Source: Desulfobacterales bacterium
GTDB taxonomy: Bacteria; Desulfobacterota; Desulfobacteria; Desulfobacterales; UBA2174
DNA: 64,000 nt
Reading direction: 5' to 3'
Assembly (NCBI GenBank): GCA_963668645.2
Contig: CAXXWC010000013.1
Location: 32,001 to 96,000, forward strand
Of the stretch, positions 1 to 10,052 are shown one piece after another (the stretch's first letter is position 1; every line of letters starts with the position of its first letter). The position numbers and the translations under genes were made by a program. The notes under the pieces are model-generated. The model was not told the origin of the DNA. It ran no database searches and worked only from the letters and a program-made list of their open reading frames with translations.

Positions 1-455
1 CAAGCGTATTTGGGGCGAATATGACGTTCGACCACCATCGTTGCAGGCGTATAACGCAGTTTCTCGCAGACCTCTTCGCCAATCTTGCAAAGCGACTGGC
101 CGCAGACACAAACTTTCTCGGATTCATCCAGATCGTGAATAATGTCTTCGTGAGGCAGATCGGCCGGCAGTGGCTTGCGGACCGGCTTGCGGCGTGTATG
201 GCCTTCCACTGGCTGCCGGTCTTCGGGTTCATCGATCGCATCCAGTGGCTCTTCTTCAGATTCTTCGAAAAGAGAAAATTGACGACTGTCGGCAACAGAT
301 CTTTTCTCGGACTTTCTACCGAATATTTCGTTCTTCAACAACCGGTTCACTTCTTCCAAATGTTCAATCCGGCGCTGATATTCATTGAGCAATGAAACGA
401 TGATTTGTTTGAGCTGAGCAGGATCATCAGGAAGGTTTTGGACATCAAAATTCAT
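1..455 (-). CDS. tnpC: IS66 transposase TnpC, N-terminal part
   Basis: Manual translation from ATG at 455: MNFDVQNLPDDPAQLK...IFGRKSEK...GRKPLPADLP...CVCG...KIGEEVCEKL...RPKYA (leucine zipper plus zinc finger of IS66 TnpC); missing from the ORF track because it runs off the edge. Confidence 0.92.
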   Translation of the reverse strand, partial: MNFDVQNLPDDPAQLKQIIVSLLNEYQRRIEHLEEVNRLLKNEIFGRKSEKRSVADSRQFSLFEESEEEPLDAIDEPEDRQPVEGHTRRKPVRKPLPADLPHEDIIHDLDESEKVCVCGQSLCKIGEEVCEKLRYTPATMVVERHIRPKYA

Positions 456-522
456 GGTAAATTCAATACCGTAAAGCCACAAATTTGGCAATCTTTTTCT
501 CGATTAAAAATAAAAAAATCTT

Positions 523-876
523 TCATACCAGCGTTTCGTAGTGCAGCTCTTTATGCGCATGCCGCTGGCCAATCTCAAGCCCTTCCAACAGCCAACTCAA
601 CTGGCGAAGATCCAGTTCCATGACTTCGTCGGGGCGCTCCGGCCAGATGAAAAACTCCTTCTCCAAACGCTTGTGCCAGAGACAAAAACCGTTTCGATCC
701 CAGTACAGGATTTTGATCATGTTCCGGCGCCGATTACAAAAGGCGAACAGGTGGCCGGAAAATGGGTCGAACTCAAGTCGATCTTCGACCAGAATCGAAA
801 GCCCATTGATGGCTTTGCGCATGTCAGTGCTGCCGGTCGCCAGGTAAATGCGGGTATGCGATGGCAAAAACATCAC
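523..876 (-). CDS. tnpB: IS66 accessory protein TnpB (Orf2)
   Basis: TDMRKAINGL...DPFSGHLFAFCNRRRNMIKILYWDRNGFCLWHKRLE is the IS66 Orf2 signature. Confidence 0.95.
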   Translation of the reverse strand: MMFLPSHTRIYLATGSTDMRKAINGLSILVEDRLEFDPFSGHLFAFCNRRRNMIKILYWDRNGFCLWHKRLEKEFFIWPERPDEVMELDLRQLSWLLEGLEIGQRHAHKELHYETLV

Positions 877-1217
877 AGCCGCTCCAGCACGTGCAACAAC
901 TGCCGCAGGGCCACCGGATCAAAGTCACGCTCTACCTCGACACAATGGCTGGAGGAAACCACAAGCCGCAGCGGTCGGTGGTCCGTGGTGGTGATGGCCC
1001 CGGTCGCCACCGGAGGCAACTGAACCTCGACCAGGGAGATCGCAGTCGCGTCCGCACCCCGGTACTTTTTTCTCCAGTAGATAAAACAGTGCAGCTTGAG
1101 TGAGTGCTGCCGGCAATATTCGCTCTGGTTCCGCCCGCTTCGTTTCCATCGCTCAACGTGCTGTCGCCAAAACCGCCGCTTGACCTCCAGAGCCTCTGCT
1201 CGTTGCTTCCGTGTCAC
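873..1217 (-). CDS. tnpA: IS66 accessory protein TnpA (HTH)
   Basis: WRQHVERWKRSG...YCRQHSL...FIYWRKK; AGGAGG RBS; coupled to tnpB. Confidence 0.88.
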   Translation of the reverse strand: MTRKQRAEALEVKRRFWRQHVERWKRSGRNQSEYCRQHSLKLHCFIYWRKKYRGADATAISLVEVQLPPVATGAITTTDHRPLRLVVSSSHCVEVERDFDPVALRQLLHVLERL

Positions 1218-1499
1218 GATGATGCCTCCTTGGCTGAAATAGTCTACGGCCTACGGAGTCAACCTGTGACAAATTTCCAAGCGCTTGAGAAGATGCGGTT
1301 GCCCGGACGCTTACAATTCATTAACATCGATGTTCTTAGTCTGTCAGGACAGGTCGTCTTTGATAGACAAACCCGGTTGGGTTGACACGAAACGCCCCCG
1401 GCCGTTAGAACCGGCCGCAGGCCTGGCACAAAGCCGGTGGGCCGATTGACGGCTTCCTTGTTTGCAACAGATCCTTTCGCCCGCGCAGGAAAAGAGAGC

Positions 1500-2810
1500 A
1501 TGCAGCTTCAAAACCATGTCCGCAACGCATCCGGCAAGACCGATATCCCGGAAAACACTGTCAACCGTATCGCCGGCGGCTTCCGGCGGCTCGGCTACGA
1601 GATCCGCTATACCCCTTTCACGGTGGCCGACCGCATCCACTGGTCCCAGATCGGGATCGATGCCATCGGCCTGCAGTGCCAGGGAAAGGGCATGACCGTC
1701 GAGCTGGCCAGGGCCAGCGCCCACGCCGAGCTGGCCGAGCGCTTCAGCGGCGGGCTCTTCTACCAGGCCTTCGAAGAGCAGGTGCGCTTCAACATGCCCG
1801 CCCTTTACAGCCGGCAGGTCGACCGCTTTCTCAACTACGCGTGGCTGCCCGGCTATGTGCAAGCCCACCAGGACGACCTGCAAGAGGAACATTTGACCAT
1901 CGAGGCCCTGCTGGCCAACCAGCCCCACCTGGGGGCGGCGGAGATCGACAAGATCAAGGCCAGCCGCATGGCAGGCCACTGGGTGGACGGCTATTCGCTG
2001 ATCCAGGAAAAGAGCGTCAAGGTTCCCATCAGCTTCATCGCCTACATCAACGCCTCCAACGGCATGGCGGCCGGCAACACCCTGGAAGAGGCCCTGATCC
2101 AGGCCGCCTGCGAGGTCTTCGAACGCTATACCCAGATCCAGATCATCAAGCCGGAAAAGGGCGTTCCCACCATCGACAAGGAGACGGTGAGCGACGATCG
2201 CCTCCGGTCGATGATGGCCTTTTACGAAAAGCAAAACGTGGAGGTGGTGCTCAAGGATCTTTCCCTGGAGGGGCTCTTTCCGAGCATCGGCGCGCTTTTC
2301 ACCAACCACAACCTGCGGCCCGGCAGGCTGGAGCACAAGATCCTCGTCCCTGGGGTCTCCTTTAACCTGAACGAGGCCCTGAGCCGCTGTTTGACCGAGT
2401 TCATGCAGGGCCGCAGCACGCTCAAGGCGCCCAGTCCCGGCCTGGACAAGCCGGTCACACAGCGCGGCCGCGTGGAAAACCTCTACCTGCTTTTCAAGTG
2501 CTGCATTTCCCAGAAGGACATCAGCTTTCTGGAGCAGGGCCCGACGGTGGCCTACCGGGACCTTCGAAGCGAGGATATTTTTGCGGAAATCGAAGCGATC
2601 AAGGGGATCTGCCGGGCTCTCGAAACCGATTTCATCGTTCTCGATCTCACCCACCCGGTGCTGCAGTTTCCTGTGGTGCGGGTCGTGGTGCCGGGCGTCT
2701 CGGATTTTCTGCCCTTCGTGTACCGGGACATCCTGACCATGCCCGAGACCAGCCCCGACGCCGCCTGGCGCGGCGAGTCCTTCAAGAGCGTTATGGAGAC
2801 GTTTTTCTAG
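1500..2810 (+). CDS. YcaO-like ATP-dependent amide-activating enzyme
   Basis: Motifs GKG...ARASAHAELAERF, SNGMAAGNTLEEALIQAACEVFER and FPVVRVVVPG; ATG at 1500 after a purine-rich stretch. Confidence 0.88.
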   Translation: MQLQNHVRNASGKTDIPENTVNRIAGGFRRLGYEIRYTPFTVADRIHWSQIGIDAIGLQCQGKGMTVELARASAHAELAERFSGGLFYQAFEEQVRFNMPALYSRQVDRFLNYAWLPGYVQAHQDDLQEEHLTIEALLANQPHLGAAEIDKIKASRMAGHWVDGYSLIQEKSVKVPISFIAYINASNGMAAGNTLEEALIQAACEVFERYTQIQIIKPEKGVPTIDKETVSDDRLRSMMAFYEKQNVEVVLKDLSLEGLFPSIGALFTNHNLRPGRLEHKILVPGVSFNLNEALSRCLTEFMQGRSTLKAPSPGLDKPVTQRGRVENLYLLFKCCISQKDISFLEQGPTVAYRDLRSEDIFAEIEAIKGICRALETDFIVLDLTHPVLQFPVVRVVVPGVSDFLPFVYRDILTMPETSPDAAWRGESFKSVMETFF

Positions 2811-2943
2811 CCACGTCCGCCTTGCTGCGACGGCGGGCACGGTCACCGTAGCCGATCGGTGCGCGCTGGCCGAAGCCCCTGTGGGAACCTACTTCGCAAG
2901 GCTCAGCAGGACGTTTTCAACCGCGATGCGGTAAGCCTTTCCC

Positions 2944-3270
2944 TCAGCTTGTCTTGAGCCCGATTTCCCGGGCCAAGTTTTGCTGGCGTTCGTCGAAAGT
3001 CAAAAAATGATCGGCACCCATAATCAGCGCTGAAGCGACATGGATCAGATTGAGGAACCGAGTACCGATTCGGTGGGTATGGGCTTGTGAGAGGCGTTCG
3101 GCTTGGCGCAATACTTCGTGCCAGTCGATGTCGGGGCGAAAATAGATCCCCCGCTCTAAATGGGTGTGCAACTTGCCGAGGATATTGCCGATTTGGTTCG
3201 CGTCAGCCTCCGCCCGGAATTGTTTGAGCCGCAGGGCATTGGCAAACTCCAGTTCGTGGAAATGCGTCAA
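2944..3270 (-). pseudogene. 5'-truncated PIN/VapC toxin
   Basis: HELEFANAL...RFLNLIHVASA...FLTFDERQ; the N-terminal DTS motif is missing (in-frame stop just upstream), the RxLD Asp is Asn, and no antitoxin is adjacent. Confidence 0.7.
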
Positions 3271-3315
3271 CGGGATGGCTCTTATGCGTAAAATTTCGCG
3301 GTGTCAATGGCTGGC

Positions 3316-4170
3316 TTATTTTTGGTTTCGACTAAAATAGAGGTTGACCGCGGCAGCCAGGGAGGTTGCGACGATCAGCAAAAAGGAGATGGCGTTGATC
3401 ACCGGCGTGCTGCCATCGCGCACCTGGAGATAGAGATTGATGGGCAGGGTCGTTTCCGAGCCGGTCAGAAACAAGGTGGTGTTGAAATTTTCAAAGGACA
3501 TCAGAAAAGCCACTGCCGCCGCACCGGCGATGGCCGGGCGCAGAAATTTGAGCGTGATGTGCCAGATGACCTCGAAGCGGTTGGCACCCAGGTTCAGGGC
3601 CGCCTCTTCCAGGGTGCGGTCGAACTTGCGCAGCCGGGCCGACACCACCAGGGTCACCAGGGTGGCGATGAATGAAAACTGGCCCAGCACCACCAGCCAG
3701 AACCCGGGCCGGAACAGGGGTACGTCGATCCCCCAGCGGGCCTCGCAATAGAGGCCCAGGGTGTTGGAAAAAAGCAGGATGGAGATCCCCAGGATCACGC
3801 CCGGGATGACCAGGGGGGCCAGCATCAGGAAATAGAGGGCGGACTTGAAGGGGAATTCTTCCTGTTCAAAAAGAAAGGCGGCGCAGGTTCCCACCGTGAC
3901 CGAAAGCAACGTGACGAAAAAGGCCACCCGGGCGCTCACCCAGATGCTTTCCAGGTTCATGCGGTCGTTGAAAATCCCCACCCGCTGCGGCAGATCCCCG
4001 GTAAACCACTCCACGGTGAACCCCTTCCAGGGCAGGGCCGGAAACTGGGAGTCGTTGAAGGCCAGCACGCAGGTCACCACCAAGGGGGCGAAGAGGAAAA
4101 TGAAGTACAATCCCATAAAGGCCGCGTAGCTGTATAGATAGCGCCGGCTGTTGGGAAGCGATCGGATCAT
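3316..4170 (-). CDS. potC: Spermidine/putrescine-type ABC permease (PotC-like)
   Basis: EAA loop LEEAALNLGA; hydrophobic helices; start MIRSLP overlaps the potB stop. Confidence 0.85.
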   Translation of the reverse strand: MIRSLPNSRRYLYSYAAFMGLYFIFLFAPLVVTCVLAFNDSQFPALPWKGFTVEWFTGDLPQRVGIFNDRMNLESIWVSARVAFFVTLLSVTVGTCAAFLFEQEEFPFKSALYFLMLAPLVIPGVILGISILLFSNTLGLYCEARWGIDVPLFRPGFWLVVLGQFSFIATLVTLVVSARLRKFDRTLEEAALNLGANRFEVIWHITLKFLRPAIAGAAAVAFLMSFENFNTTLFLTGSETTLPINLYLQVRDGSTPVINAISFLLIVATSLAAAVNLYFSRNQK

Positions 4171-5030
4171 CGCACCACCCGGCTCAGTTTCTGGCCGGTG
4201 AGCTTCAGCCCGGCCCAGATCACCAGTGAGGAGAGGGCCAGGAGCAGAAAGCCGAAGGCCGATCCCTGGTTCCAGTTGAAACTGGCGATGAACTGGTTGT
4301 AGATCTGCTCGGTAAACCACAAGGAGTTCTTGCCGCCCATGAGATTCGGGGTGAGATAGTTGCCCAGGGTCAGCATGAAGACCACGATGGCCCCGGACAC
4401 GATCCCCGGCATGGCATGGGGAATCACGATGCGCCACAGGATGGTGCCCATGCCGGCGCCCAGGTCGTAGGCCGCTTCGATCAGGCTGTCATCGAGGCTT
4501 TGGAGCACCGATACCAGGGGCACGGCCATGAAGAGCATCGAGGTGTAGACCAGCCCCATCACCATGGTCACATCGTTGTAGAGCATTTCCACAGGCTGGT
4601 CGAGCAGCCCCAGGCGGACCAGGAAATGATTGATCACGCCGCTTTCGCGCAGCAGGATCATCCAGCCGTAGATGCGCACCAGCTCACTGACCCAGAAAGG
4701 CATCAGCATCAGCAGCATGAGAAAGCCCTGAAAGCGGGGAGCCGCCACCTTGGTAATGTAAAAGGCCACCGGCATGGCCACGGCAAAGGTCATCAGGGTC
4801 ACCAGGACCGAATAGACGGCCGTGCGCAAAAAGGTCCGCCAGTAAATCGGCTCTTTGAAAAAGTTCAAATAGTTGTCCACGCCCCAGGCGGCACGGCCGT
4901 CCATGGCGGAGGTTTGCAGGCTCATGCGCAGAAGGTCCACGTGGGGCAAAACGATCAGCAACACCAGCCAGAGCAGCACCGGGGTCAAAAAGCAGATCAG
5001 CGGCAGGGTGATGTAAAAGCGGTTTTTCAT
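4167..5030 (-). CDS. potB: Spermidine/putrescine-type ABC permease (PotB-like)
   Basis: PFWVSELVRIYGW, LIEAAYDLGA and NWNQGSA motifs. Confidence 0.87.
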   Translation of the reverse strand: MKNRFYITLPLICFLTPVLLWLVLLIVLPHVDLLRMSLQTSAMDGRAAWGVDNYLNFFKEPIYWRTFLRTAVYSVLVTLMTFAVAMPVAFYITKVAAPRFQGFLMLLMLMPFWVSELVRIYGWMILLRESGVINHFLVRLGLLDQPVEMLYNDVTMVMGLVYTSMLFMAVPLVSVLQSLDDSLIEAAYDLGAGMGTILWRIVIPHAMPGIVSGAIVVFMLTLGNYLTPNLMGGKNSLWFTEQIYNQFIASFNWNQGSAFGFLLLALSSLVIWAGLKLTGQKLSRVVR

Positions 5031-6136
5031 CGTGAGTTTCGGGCGGCAAAACAGATCCCGGACCGTTCGTCCCAGGCCACCTCGATCCGATCGTCCTTGC
5101 GGATATGATCGAACTGCCTGTTCTGGGGCAGCGCGATGAGCAACTCGGTACCGTCGTTTACGGGATTGGCCAGCAACCGGCTGTTGGCCCCGTCGAAGAG
5201 CAGCGACCTGACGATCACCTCGAACCGGTTCAGCCGCGGCACATCCGCCCCCGGCTGGATGATGATGGCTTCCGGCCGCAGGAAGAGCTCCACCGGTGTG
5301 CCGGGTGTAAGCGGTGCCTCGGCCCGGGAGCGGAAATGACGGCCGGAGGCGGTTTCGATCTCCACCGTGTCCTGGCCGCAGTGGCGTACGGTTCCGGACA
5401 CGGTGTTGTTTTCGCCGACAAAGCGCGCCACGAAAGAGGTTCGGGGGTGATGGTAGAGGTTCTGGGGGCTGTCCACCTGCTCGAAGCGCCCCTGGTTCAT
5501 GACCGCCACCTGGTCGGACATCACCAGGGCCTCGGACTGGTCGTGGGTAATGTAGACGAAGGTTGTGCCCACCTGGGCCTGGAGCTTTTTGAGTTCCATC
5601 TTCATCTGCTCGCGCAGCTTGAGATCAAGGGCCCCCAGGGGCTCGTCCAGCAAGAGAACGGCAGGCTCCAGCACGAGACAGCGGGCGATGGCCACGCGCT
5701 GCTTCTGCCCGCCGGACAACTGGTCGATGGCCTTGTTCTCGAACCCCGGCAGGTCCACCCGTTCCAGGATCTGGCCGATTTTACGCTCGATATCGCGGCG
5801 CTTTTCTTTGCGGCGCCGGAGCCCGAAGGCGATATTCTGGGCCACCGTCATCATGGGGAAAAGAGCCAGATGCTGGAAAATGAGGTTGACCGGCCGGCGG
5901 TTGGGCGGGACCCCGGCCATGTCGGCGCCCCGGATGAGGATCGCGCCGCGGGTCGGTTCGGTGAAGCCGGCGATCATTCTCAAAAGGGTGGTCTTACCGC
6001 AGCCCGAGGGCCCCAGGATGGCAAAGAACCGGCCCTGGGGCACGTCGAAGGTCACATCGGCAACCGCCGTGACATCTGCGAAAGTCTTGAAAACCCGTTG
6101 AACCGATAGATCCGTTTGCACTGACGTTCTTTTCAC
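5027..6136 (-). CDS. potA: Polyamine ABC transporter ATP-binding subunit (PotA-like)
   Basis: GPSGCGKTT, LSGGQKQR, LLLDEPLGALDLKLR; TOBE-like C-terminus. Confidence 0.9.
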   Translation of the reverse strand: MKRTSVQTDLSVQRVFKTFADVTAVADVTFDVPQGRFFAILGPSGCGKTTLLRMIAGFTEPTRGAILIRGADMAGVPPNRRPVNLIFQHLALFPMMTVAQNIAFGLRRRKEKRRDIERKIGQILERVDLPGFENKAIDQLSGGQKQRVAIARCLVLEPAVLLLDEPLGALDLKLREQMKMELKKLQAQVGTTFVYITHDQSEALVMSDQVAVMNQGRFEQVDSPQNLYHHPRTSFVARFVGENNTVSGTVRHCGQDTVEIETASGRHFRSRAEAPLTPGTPVELFLRPEAIIIQPGADVPRLNRFEVIVRSLLFDGANSRLLANPVNDGTELLIALPQNRQFDHIRKDDRIEVAWDERSGICFAARNSR

Positions 6137-6199
6137 AGCAGAGTTGGATGCCGGCAGCCGGGCGATGCCCCGCCGCCGGCATGGTTCATGGCGTGGATA

Positions 6200-7267
6200 T
6201 CATTGGGCGGCTTTGACCTTGTCCAGGACCTTGCCTTCCATTTCTTCCAGTTTGGCCGGCACCGGCGGGTACCATTTGATGTTGTCGATGTCCGCATCGG
6301 TAAAACTGCGCGTAAAATTGGCCTTCACGTCCGGATCGCAGAGCTGGATGGCGCCTTTGGAAGCTGTCCCGTACTTTTCCATGTTGGTGAACACGGCCGC
6401 GTTTTCCGGGCGCAGCATGAAGTTGATCCACTTGTAGGCGGCGGGCACGTTCTTGGCCTTGGCCGGGATGGCAAAAGTGTCGATCCACCCCAGGGCGCCG
6501 CTTTTGGGAGCGACAAAATCGATATTCGGGTTTTCCCCGTGGAGCTTCCATCCGCCGTTATCCCAGGCCATGGCAACGTAGACTTCGGCCGAACGCATGC
6601 TCTGGAGCAGGGCGTCGCCGTTGGTCCAATAGTTTTTCACTGCCGGCTTGCCCTCGATCAGCCGCTGGCCCACTTCTTCCATCAGCGTCTCGTATGCGCC
6701 GGGATCGCCGTAAAGGGCAAAGGGGTCCTTGCCCATGGCAAACGCCATGCCGATCAGAGTGGGGCGTTTGAGCCGGTAGCTGACCCGGCCGTTGTATTTC
6801 GGATCGAGCAGATCAATGTAATCCCTGGCGCCGGGGGCGAATTTGCGGTTCACCACCAGGCCGGATGTGCCGTATACATGCGGCACCGCATAACTCTTGC
6901 CGCCCACCAGGGTGTTCTTTTTGACCGCCTCGAGCATCGAGGCCACGATCTGGTCGGACTTCAACTGGTTGTAGTCGATGGGCTGGTAGATCTTGAATTC
7001 GGCCTGCACCGAGGAAATCCGGTCCTGGCTAGGCTGGGCCAGGTCAAACCCGGCCCCCCGGGTGGCCCGCAGCTTGGCGATCATCTCCTCATTGTTGGAG
7101 TAGGTAGGCTTTACCGTAATGCCGGTTTGCGCCTGGAACTTGTCGATCAGTTCCTTTGGCGCATAGCCTTTCCAGGTAAGCAGTTCCAGGGTTTCGGCGG
7201 CGACAGGAGCCGCCGTCAGGGCCACCAAGAGGCCCATTACCATGAGACGCACCAATGAACGCTTCAT
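6200..7267 (-). CDS. potD: Polyamine ABC substrate-binding protein (PotD/PotF-like)
   Basis: Signal peptide MKRSLVRL...AAPVAA; TWKGY, SNNEEMIAKL, WIDTFAIP and AYKWINF; AAGGAGG RBS. Confidence 0.85.
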   Translation of the reverse strand: MKRSLVRLMVMGLLVALTAAPVAAETLELLTWKGYAPKELIDKFQAQTGITVKPTYSNNEEMIAKLRATRGAGFDLAQPSQDRISSVQAEFKIYQPIDYNQLKSDQIVASMLEAVKKNTLVGGKSYAVPHVYGTSGLVVNRKFAPGARDYIDLLDPKYNGRVSYRLKRPTLIGMAFAMGKDPFALYGDPGAYETLMEEVGQRLIEGKPAVKNYWTNGDALLQSMRSAEVYVAMAWDNGGWKLHGENPNIDFVAPKSGALGWIDTFAIPAKAKNVPAAYKWINFMLRPENAAVFTNMEKYGTASKGAIQLCDPDVKANFTRSFTDADIDNIKWYPPVPAKLEEMEGKVLDKVKAAQ

Positions 7268-7734
7268 TTTTTCCTCCTTGGATATGGGGTGTCGGGTCGT
7301 CAGATGCGCTGAGGTGCAGGTTGCAGGGGGGTGTCGGAAGCATGGACGCCAGCATGGACTGCGGTTGTTAGGGTCCGGTGAGTTGTGCGTGAATTTTTTA
7401 CAACTCGACGACATCAGGCTATCGTTTCCGGTGCTCGGTCTTGTTCGTGGGAGGGCAGGATGCGCAGTATTTGCGTGGCCGGTTCAGTGATACGGGGTAA
7501 GTCTGAACTCAAAAATCTGGATAAGAAATGGTGGGGTTGGTGTAGCAGAGTAGGTTGCCGGAGGTCGGATAAACGTAGCGATCAGGCTGTGAGTTCACCG
7601 CAAAGACTGTTCTGAGCTTGCCGAAGGAGAGAGAAGCTTTTAACACAGGGTGGTGAGGTGCCACCTATTTTCTGATGCTCTTACAACACGCGGAAATAAA
7701 CCAAGAAAAACTTTCCCACTTCCCGATTGACCCG

Positions 7735-8070
7735 TTAATAGGCAAAAAACTCTTGAAGACAATCAATAATCTTGCCTTGAGTCTGTCGTGAAATCGCTCC
7801 AAGTTTTTGTACAAGGCGATTTTTATCCACGGCTCGTATTTGGTCTAATAGTATCAGACCTTTTTGGTTTTGAAATGTACACTTGATTCTGGTTGGAAAT
7901 ACAAATCCTTTTGAAGTCATTGGGGCGACAATTACTGTTTTTAAGGGTGACATTTCATCCGGAGAAATGACGACGCATGGTCTGGTCTTCTTGATTTCTG
8001 AACCTTTGGTTGGATCCAACTGGACAAGCCAGATGTCAAATCTTTTAATCGACTTTTTTACCATTCCCAA
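7735..8070 (-). CDS. mazF: MazF/PemK endoribonuclease toxin
   Basis: DIWLVQLDPTKGSEIKKTRPCVVIS...LDQIRAVDKNRL. Confidence 0.92.
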   Translation of the reverse strand: MGMVKKSIKRFDIWLVQLDPTKGSEIKKTRPCVVISPDEMSPLKTVIVAPMTSKGFVFPTRIKCTFQNQKGLILLDQIRAVDKNRLVQKLGAISRQTQGKIIDCLQEFFAY

Positions 8071-8315
8071 TCCTCATCGTCTACTAGATCAGACTCCAGC
8101 CATTCTTTTTCTGAGTCGTTTAGCTCAGATGCTGAACTTGATAATTTATCAAATTGCTCTTTCCATCCCTGGCGAGGTTGGGAGACAGGCTTGATTAACA
8201 AACCATCGCCCAAAACTTTGAATTCAAGCTCTTTATCATTGAGTTTGGCTTGCTCAATAATCGCTTTTGGAATTCTTACCCCCTTGGAATTCCCGATGCT
8301 GATTAATGTGGCCAT
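8058..8315 (-). CDS. mazE: AbrB/MazE antitoxin
   Basis: IGNSKGVRIPK AbrB motif; acidic tail EDWEW; overlaps the toxin start. Confidence 0.9.
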   Translation of the reverse strand: MATLISIGNSKGVRIPKAIIEQAKLNDKELEFKVLGDGLLIKPVSQPRQGWKEQFDKLSSSASELNDSEKEWLESDLVDDEDWEW

Positions 8316-8404
8316 GATGCCTCCTTTTGTGGTTGATGTAATTACATTATGGCTACATTCGGGTGGATTGTCAACCCGAAAAATTGTTTTCACCGAAGAT
8401 GCCG

Positions 8405-8745
8405 CCCTGCTGGTACAAAGGGTTGCTGGTCATAGAGCGCTACTTTCGCTCGCCAAAACGCATCCAGATCAAGATGATGCCGATAAACCACTGGGCCTCG
8501 CGGCGCGTCAAAGCCCATGTGAAGATCTACGTGCTGGTGTTGATGGTCGAACGGGTGGCCGAACTGGAGAGCGGCCTTCCGTGGCACCGTATTCGCCGGT
8601 CGCTGGACAAGCTGCCAGTCAAAAAACTTTGTAAGTTAAATTACCGTGTGTTTATGTGCAACGAGATCTCCGCAAAAACTGGCAACATGCTTAAATTGCA
8701 TAAAATCAACGCTCCGCAACAGGTCCTTTCACTGGAAAATCAACT
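8405..8745 (+). pseudogene. IS1634-family transposase C-terminal remnant
   Basis: YKGLLVIERYFRSPK...PINHW...RVKAHVKIYVLVL resembles the IS1634/IS4 YREK-type region; no N-terminus. Confidence 0.7.
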
Positions 8746-9019
8746 AAAAACGGTGCGCTCCGAAGAGTCCGAGGAAGGTGAGCAGCACCCAGGCGACCGT
8801 GTAGTCCTTGGGTCCGGCGGCAAATCGCAGATCCGCCCGGCGGTCCATCGACGGGATCAAGAACAGGCCTATGATCCAGCCGATGCCCAGCAATCCAAGA
8901 ATAAAAAACCATATGGTGCCGGTGACCGGTTTGCCGTAGTAGAAGCGATGGCTGCCGATGAAGCCGAAGATCCACAGAATGTAGCCGATGGTTTTGCGGT
9001 GGGTGTCGGTCTGTGCCAT
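8744..9019 (-). pseudogene. TM2/NINE-domain membrane protein, 3'-truncated
   Basis: GFIGSHRFYYGK repeat; the second repeat stops abruptly at GAHRF where the IS remnant ends. Confidence 0.75.
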
Positions 9020-9141
9020 GAGGTCTTTTCCTTTTACTGTTCCGTCGCGGTTCCTTTTCATCCGCACCCAACCGAGGTGGAGAAGCGCTTCCGAAAAGCA
9101 CAATCCCCCCACACCCATTCAGGATAGCGGGATTTCAACGG

Positions 9142-9534
9142 CTATGCCGCGGCCAAATCGCTCAGCGGCACCCGAAGCGCTTGCGCCAGGCGCTCCAGTA
9201 AAAGGATGCTCGGGACATGGGCGCCGGCCTCCAGGCGGGCGATGTTCGGCCGTTTGAGGCCGGCCAGGGCGGCGAGCTGTGCCTGAGTCAGGCCGTTTTG
9301 CTGCCGCAGGGCCTTGACTCGCTTACCGATGCGCTTTCCGATGTCCGCGTCGGCTGGAAGGTGCGTTCCGGCGGCCAGGTTGACAACGGCGTCCCAAGGC
9401 ACGGAAAACTCGTTGCCGCTGGCCTGGACCACGGTGAAGACCTTTCCGTCTCCTTCGAGAAAAAGATCCATCACCTCGCTGCCGTCGTCTTCAGGGATCG
9501 AACGTTTCAGCAGAAGGATTCGTCCGTCTTCCAT
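9142..9534 (-). CDS. XRE-family HTH regulator with an N-terminal beta-rich domain (frame open without ATG to ~9635)
   Basis: VKALRQQNGLTQAQLAALAGLKRPNIARLEAG is an HTH_3 motif. Confidence 0.8.
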   Translation of the reverse strand: MEDGRILLLKRSIPEDDGSEVMDLFLEGDGKVFTVVQASGNEFSVPWDAVVNLAAGTHLPADADIGKRIGKRVKALRQQNGLTQAQLAALAGLKRPNIARLEAGAHVPSILLLERLAQALRVPLSDLAAA

Positions 9535-9797
9535 GGCTACCCGGAAAGCATCCCGGCCGGCGTCGTAGGACGCGGCCCAGATTCGTGATACCCGGGATAT
9601 GTTTGTAATCGTAGTAATTTTTATCCACCCGATCTCGTATCATTTTGCGTTTCTTTGAAAGTCATGATAGGCAGTCAGGTACATAAATCTGGCTGTCGAA
9701 TAAGGGCGCGAACTCTCGCTGCACAACTGCATTATAACCCTATCTCCTGAACCCGCGTATCAAAAAATCAGAAGATCGAGCGCAAAAAGGAATCGCC

Positions 9798-10052
9798 ATG
9801 GATGCAAGATTGCGGGCCGACATTCGGCCCGGCCAGACGGTGGATATCGTGCTGAAACAGGACCAACGCAGCGGCAAACGCACCCGCGGCGTTGTCCAGT
9901 CGATTCTGACCCGATCGGCCCACCACCCCCACGGCATCAAAGTGCGCCTGGCCGACGGCCGGGTCGGCCGGGTCAAGATGATCATCGATCCGCAGGTCCC
10001 AACGGCTGGCCTGATGACCGGCACCCCGGACCAAGGAGGAGCGTGCGGATGA
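9798..10052 (+). CDS. YwbE (DUF2196) family protein
   Basis: VDIVLKQDQRSGKRTRGVV...HPHGIKVRLADGRVGRV. Confidence 0.88.
   Translation: MDARLRADIRPGQTVDIVLKQDQRSGKRTRGVVQSILTRSAHHPHGIKVRLADGRVGRVKMIIDPQVPTAGLMTGTPDQGGACG

Larger units (their letters stand above)
1..1314 (-). mobile_element. IS66-family insertion sequence, left part (continues beyond the window start)
   Basis: tnpA-tnpB-tnpC order on the minus strand; terminal repeat reads GTAAGCGTCCGGGCAACCGCATCTT from 1314 on the minus strand (IS66 ends start GTAA). Confidence 0.93.

Noticed and set aside
1344..2846. Long antisense ORFs (also 26362-27702, 31216-32697, 40258-41985, 45680-47239, 56707-57981)
   Set aside because: They mirror well-supported genes, as expected from GC-rich codon bias, and have no motifs
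7270..7730. Riboswitch upstream of the polyamine ABC operon; REP-like CTGAGCTTGCCGAAG at ~7614 (similar inverted motif at ~2892)
   Set aside because: No known aptamer consensus recognised; the short motif matches are too degenerate without a genome-wide count
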